Of a stretch of 64,000 nt of DNA, positions 60,130-64,000 are shown piece by piece; within the stretch, counting starts at the first letter, position 1; every line of letters begins with the position of its first letter. The notes beneath the pieces are model-generated. The model had not been told where the DNA came from. It was given only the letters and a program-made list of their open reading frames with translations, and did no database searches. Source of the stretch: an uncultured Ohtaekwangia sp. (GTDB taxonomy: Bacteria > Bacteroidota > Bacteroidia > Cytophagales > Cyclobacteriaceae); contig CAYTNM010000013.1 in assembly GCA_964439205.1 (NCBI GenBank), positions 3 through 64,002 of the forward strand. Direction: 5' to 3'. Both the position numbers and the translations under genes were made by a program.

Positions 60130-61502
60130 GCGGTCTCCGTAATTAACGTAAATGAAAAACTACTGCCTTTGTTAACTTCGCTGTCAAGTTCGAATGTGCT
60201 ATTCATCAGAGCTAACAAGGAATTAGCTATGGTAAGGCCCAAACCAGTACCACCATATTTTTTAGTGCTGGAAGAGTCTCCTTGCGCAAAAGCTTCAAAT
60301 ATTTTTTCCCGATTTTCAGGACCAATGCCAATGCCGGTATCACGAACGGTAAAACGAATAGATGATCTCCCATTGCTATTCTTCCCAATCAGTTGGATGA
60401 TTAACTCAATTTCTCCCTGGTGGGTGAACTTTATTGAATTGCCTACCAGATTAATCAGCACTTGCCGCAACCTGACGGGGTCAGCCCATATATAGTGCGG
60501 ACAGTCAGGCGATAGCGTCAGTATCAATTTTAAGTCTTTTTGTTGAGCCTGACCACTTAACCCCTCAATTACTTCTTGTCCTAATTCAGAAAGGCGACAC
60601 TTTTCTATTTCCAGCTCTTGCTTGCCAGCTTCAATCTTTGAGTAATCTAAGAGATCATTGACAATGTTCAATAGCGACATGGCCGATTTATTTAAAACAG
60701 TCATGTACTTGTTTTGTGTAGCATCTAATTTGGTTTTCAATACCAGATCGGAAAAACCGATCACACCGTTCAGGGGGGTACGTATTTCATGACTGATGTT
60801 GGCCAGAAACTCCGACTTGGCTTTATTGGCTTGTACCGCATTCGACTCGGCCCGTTTACGATCTTCAATTTCAGCTAATAATGCCTTTTCATTTTTCTCA
60901 ATATTTCGTTTCATGATAGACACGCCACCTAACAGGGCGCCATAAGCCAGTAGCACCACTACCGTAAAAAATAAATAGTGAGGATCAGTATGTCCCGTTT
61001 GATAGTAGCCAACGCCACAAAGGTTGTGCAGGGCGTTGAATGAAATAATCAAAACAGCTATGTATACCGCAAAAATGTATCCCCATCTCTTTAACGATGT
61101 TTCAAATAGTCCAAGCGTTCCAATGGCTGTGATGGTAAGAAAGAAATGATAAGTAAAGTAAATGCCCTCAAACTTAAGATCTTCGGGTGAGCTGAAAATT
61201 TTAGACAGAATGGAAATAGCGACAATGCAGGTGGGCAAGTAAAAGCTTAAGAGTACTCTGCTAAAAACTGTGTATCCCAACGCATTACTGATTAAGGGAA
61301 CAATAAAAAATAGTCCAACGGCAAAGCAAAGCATTGGCACGACATTCCAGGTAACTAGAATGCCGTGTGAAATGGCGAGTAAGAAACTGATAGCCACACC
61401 CAATAGCGAAATTTGGTTGCACATCATAATCCCACGGGTTTTGTCGATTGGGAGTTTGTGGTTTGCACCCAGGTTAGTCATTTGGCGGATGAAAGTCATC
61501 AT
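60126..61502 (-). CDS. Polytopic-membrane-sensor histidine kinase (HK-C), no receiver domain
   Basis: Sensor paralogous to [17 protein letters not shown] overlaps at both ends. Confidence 0.9.
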   Translation of the reverse strand: MMTFIRQMTNLGANHKLPIDKTRGIMMCNQISLLGVAISFLLAISHGILVTWNVVPMLCFAVGLFFIVPLISNALGYTVFSRVLLSFYLPTCIVAISILSKIFSSPEDLKFEGIYFTYHFFLTITAIGTLGLFETSLKRWGYIFAVYIAVLIISFNALHNLCGVGYYQTGHTDPHYLFFTVVVLLAYGALLGGVSIMKRNIEKNEKALLAEIEDRKRAESNAVQANKAKSEFLANISHEIRTPLNGVIGFSDLVLKTKLDATQNKYMTVLNKSAMSLLNIVNDLLDYSKIEAGKQELEIEKCRLSELGQEVIEGLSGQAQQKDLKLILTLSPDCPHYIWADPVRLRQVLINLVGNSIKFTHQGEIELIIQLIGKNSNGRSSIRFTVRDTGIGIGPENREKIFEAFAQGDSSSTKKYGGTGLGLTIANSLLALMNSTFELDSEVNKGSSFSFTLITETA

Positions 61503-64000
61503 GTTTCTGTAGTACATTCAATGGTGAAGTGAAATAATGACCCCTTGCCTTTTTCGCTCTCTAACTCCAGGTGACTGCCCATCAATGCCAACAACTCATT
61601 TGAAATAGACAAACCTAACCCGGTTCCTCCATATTTCTTTTTATCCGTAATATCTTCTTGCACAAACGCTTCAAAAATCTTTTGTTGATTTTTCGGATCA
61701 ATTCCAATACCTGTATCTCTTACAGAGAACCGAAGTTTGGTCTTGTTTGGTACTTTATTCGAGAGAATATCAATTTTTAATTCCACCGATCCATCTGAAG
61801 TAAACTTGATAGCATTGGCTAGCAAATTGGTAAGTATTTGTCTGAGTCGGATCTCATCTGCCCAAATGTACGAAGGGGTTTGCGGAGATGGCATAAAGGA
61901 TAGTTTGAGTCCTTTTTCCTCAGCCTGGTGACTTAACATATCTATTATTTGCCCACAGAATTTTGATAAATGAATTTTGTCGGAATTCAAACTGATTTTT
62001 TTGGCCTCGGCTTTTGAGAAGTCCAGAATATCATCAATGATACGAAGTAAGGAATGGCCAGAGTTTGAAATGATGCTGGCCTGTTTTGCCTGGGTAGGGG
62101 TTAGTGTACTTCTTCCTAATAAATCAGCAAATCCAATGATGCCATTCAGAGGCGTTCGGATTTCATGACTGATGTTAGCTATGAAATCTGATTTAGCAGC
62201 GCTGGCTCTCTCGGCATGTTCTTTTTGATTACGTATTTCAATGGTTAGCGCGCGTAACTTTTTTGTGTTCAAATATCCTTTCCATACGATAAAGCCCATC
62301 AACAAAATGATGAATAAGGCTAAAGTAATAATCGTGTTTTTTTGAATGAGTTTCGTTTGTTGAAGCATGATTCGTTCTTCATGATTTTTATGTTCTTCAT
62401 TTAGAAGCTTTACCTCTTGTTCTCTTTTTTGTACTTTATAAAGTGCTTCATACTCGGCCAACTTATCAGCGCCTTTTTGATCATAGATTTCATTGTTTAT
62501 ATATTCATATTCCCGCTGAAAGTGATAAGCGTTTTTATAGTCGCCTTGTTCAAGATAATAGAATGAATAGCTGCGCGCCAGATCTCGCTGAATCAACAAT
62601 GAAGGATCTTCTTTTGTCAGTTTCTCTGCTCTTTTGAGATAGGAAAGGGCCTCATTGAATTTTCGATCCCGAACTAATTGACGGGAAATCATTCCATAAG
62701 TCATGGATAAGTCAGGCTTATTTCCAATTTTTTCTTCAATGGAGGCAACTTCATTTAACAAGATAAGGGCTTCTTCATTTCGGTTCACCTCCAGATAAAT
62801 GTCGGCCAGATTATACAGCGAACCTGCTATACCTTTAGATAAATTGATTTCCTTTCTAATGGCAAGACTTTTTTTGTACTCCACCTCCGCTTTGGCATAA
62901 TCTTTTAGTAAAGTATATGTGAGTCCTCGCACGTTATATGATTCAGCTATGCCTGCCGGATCGCCCACTTCTTTCAGAATAGTCTCGGCTTTGTAAGTAT
63001 AGTCCATGGCCAGATCAAGTTTTCGCTGAACTTTTGTAAGCCAGGCCAGGCTGTTATAGATCTGTCCAGTTTTGTGTTTTAGGCCTGCGGCCTCACTGAG
63101 TTGTAATGCCTGATAAAGATATTGTGCCGTTAACTCCAACTGAGATATTTCCAGATACGCATCTCCGGTTTGATGCAACACCTCCACATACTGATAATAA
63201 TTGTATAATCGGGATAGAGAAACAGCTTCCAGACTGGAGGTTAGAGCTTCCGTATATTTGCCCTTGACGATACTGTACCGGGATTGATTCAGGTGACATT
63301 CTATCTTGTGATAATAATCGGATCCTTTTTGCGCCAACGCACATAATTCACTGAAATGAGTTTCGGCTTTTTCAAGCTCTGCCATGCTGAGATAAACTTT
63401 TCCATACAAGGCATGTAACTCCATGAGTAGATAGTTGTCCTCCGGAACTAGTAAAGTGCTGGCACTATCCAGATAGGCGAGCGCCTCTGCATTTTTCCAT
63501 AATTGCTTACATATCCCTGCCAGACTAATATACATGGTGGGGAGGTATTCGCGAGCGTGTTTTTCGACCATGGGACGAACCTTCATATATTGACTCCATG
63601 CTGAATCATATTTCCCCAGTTCATCGTAGGCTAATCCGAGTTGTAATTGATTTTCAATCGTAATTGTATGACTGTTGGGAGCATGAATTTGATCAGATCG
63701 TTTGAAATAGTGAATGGCTTCAAGATGATTACCCATGCTCAATAAACCCAATCCGACCAACGTGTTGGCATACTTTTCTCCAGCCAGATATTTATTTTTA
63801 TTCGACTCTTCCAGAGCTTGGCGTGCATGGTTTAACGCCAGACTATCATTTACATCATAGTATTCAAATGCCAGTTGGTTACGTACGTCTATTTTCTGCT
63901 GAATCGAAAGCCTGGTCAGTAAAACGCTTTCAAGACTATCGATGATCTGATTCTGTGCGAATACCGGATAAGAGAGTAGAAATGTACACAATACCGTGAC
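61499..64000 (-). CDS. TPR-sensor histidine kinase (HK-D), probably 5'-partial, no receiver domain
   Basis: Frame is open to the window edge; long TPR array, one [12 protein letters not shown], HATPase; ends [13 protein letters not shown]. Confidence 0.88.
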   Translation of the reverse strand, partial: VTVLCTFLLSYPVFAQNQIIDSLESVLLTRLSIQQKIDVRNQLAFEYYDVNDSLALNHARQALEESNKNKYLAGEKYANTLVGLGLLSMGNHLEAIHYFKRSDQIHAPNSHTITIENQLQLGLAYDELGKYDSAWSQYMKVRPMVEKHAREYLPTMYISLAGICKQLWKNAEALAYLDSASTLLVPEDNYLLMELHALYGKVYLSMAELEKAETHFSELCALAQKGSDYYHKIECHLNQSRYSIVKGKYTEALTSSLEAVSLSRLYNYYQYVEVLHQTGDAYLEISQLELTAQYLYQALQLSEAAGLKHKTGQIYNSLAWLTKVQRKLDLAMDYTYKAETILKEVGDPAGIAESYNVRGLTYTLLKDYAKAEVEYKKSLAIRKEINLSKGIAGSLYNLADIYLEVNRNEEALILLNEVASIEEKIGNKPDLSMTYGMISRQLVRDRKFNEALSYLKRAEKLTKEDPSLLIQRDLARSYSFYYLEQGDYKNAYHFQREYEYINNEIYDQKGADKLAEYEALYKVQKREQEVKLLNEEHKNHEERIMLQQTKLIQKNTIITLALFIILLMGFIVWKGYLNTKKLRALTIEIRNQKEHAERASAAKSDFIANISHEIRTPLNGIIGFADLLGRSTLTPTQAKQASIISNSGHSLLRIIDDILDFSKAEAKKISLNSDKIHLSKFCGQIIDMLSHQAEEKGLKLSFMPSPQTPSYIWADEIRLRQILTNLLANAIKFTSDGSVELKIDILSNKVPNKTKLRFSVRDTGIGIDPKNQQKIFEAFVQEDITDKKKYGGTGLGLSISNELLALMGSHLELESEKGKGSLFHFTIECTTET

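Noticed and set aside
1..64000. rRNA, tRNA, CRISPR arrays, IS elements, integrases, prophage genes
   Set aside because: None seen; intergenic gaps are short and mostly explained by promoters, terminators and small ORFs

Overview
Chromosomal segment from a Bacteroidota organism, most likely Cytophagales. This is inferred from T9SS porU/porV, the rpmB-rpmG-DUF4295-ftsY order, alpha2-type GlyRS, type-2 IleRS and TAnnTTTG promoters. About 50 densely packed, mostly housekeeping CDSs cover T9SS, translation, phospholipid synthesis, cell wall, proteases and transporters. I found no rRNA, tRNA, CRISPR array, integrase or transposase. Three small genes missing from the ORF track were read from the DNA: DUF4295, a FeoB-associated-type Cys-rich membrane peptide, and a 52-aa two-helix membrane protein. 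Most unusual items: (i) a tandem, partly translationally coupled array of at least four hybrid-type histidine kinases that all stop right after the ATPase domain and carry swapped TPR or membrane sensors, with no response regulator in the window; (ii) an intact Lnt-like gene that lacks the whole nitrilase catalytic domain; (iii) a sigma-54 promoter with a palindromic enhancer upstream of an orphan ABC permease; (iv) a PLP aminotransferase with a Tat signal. All family calls come from motifs recognised by eye; no searches were run.
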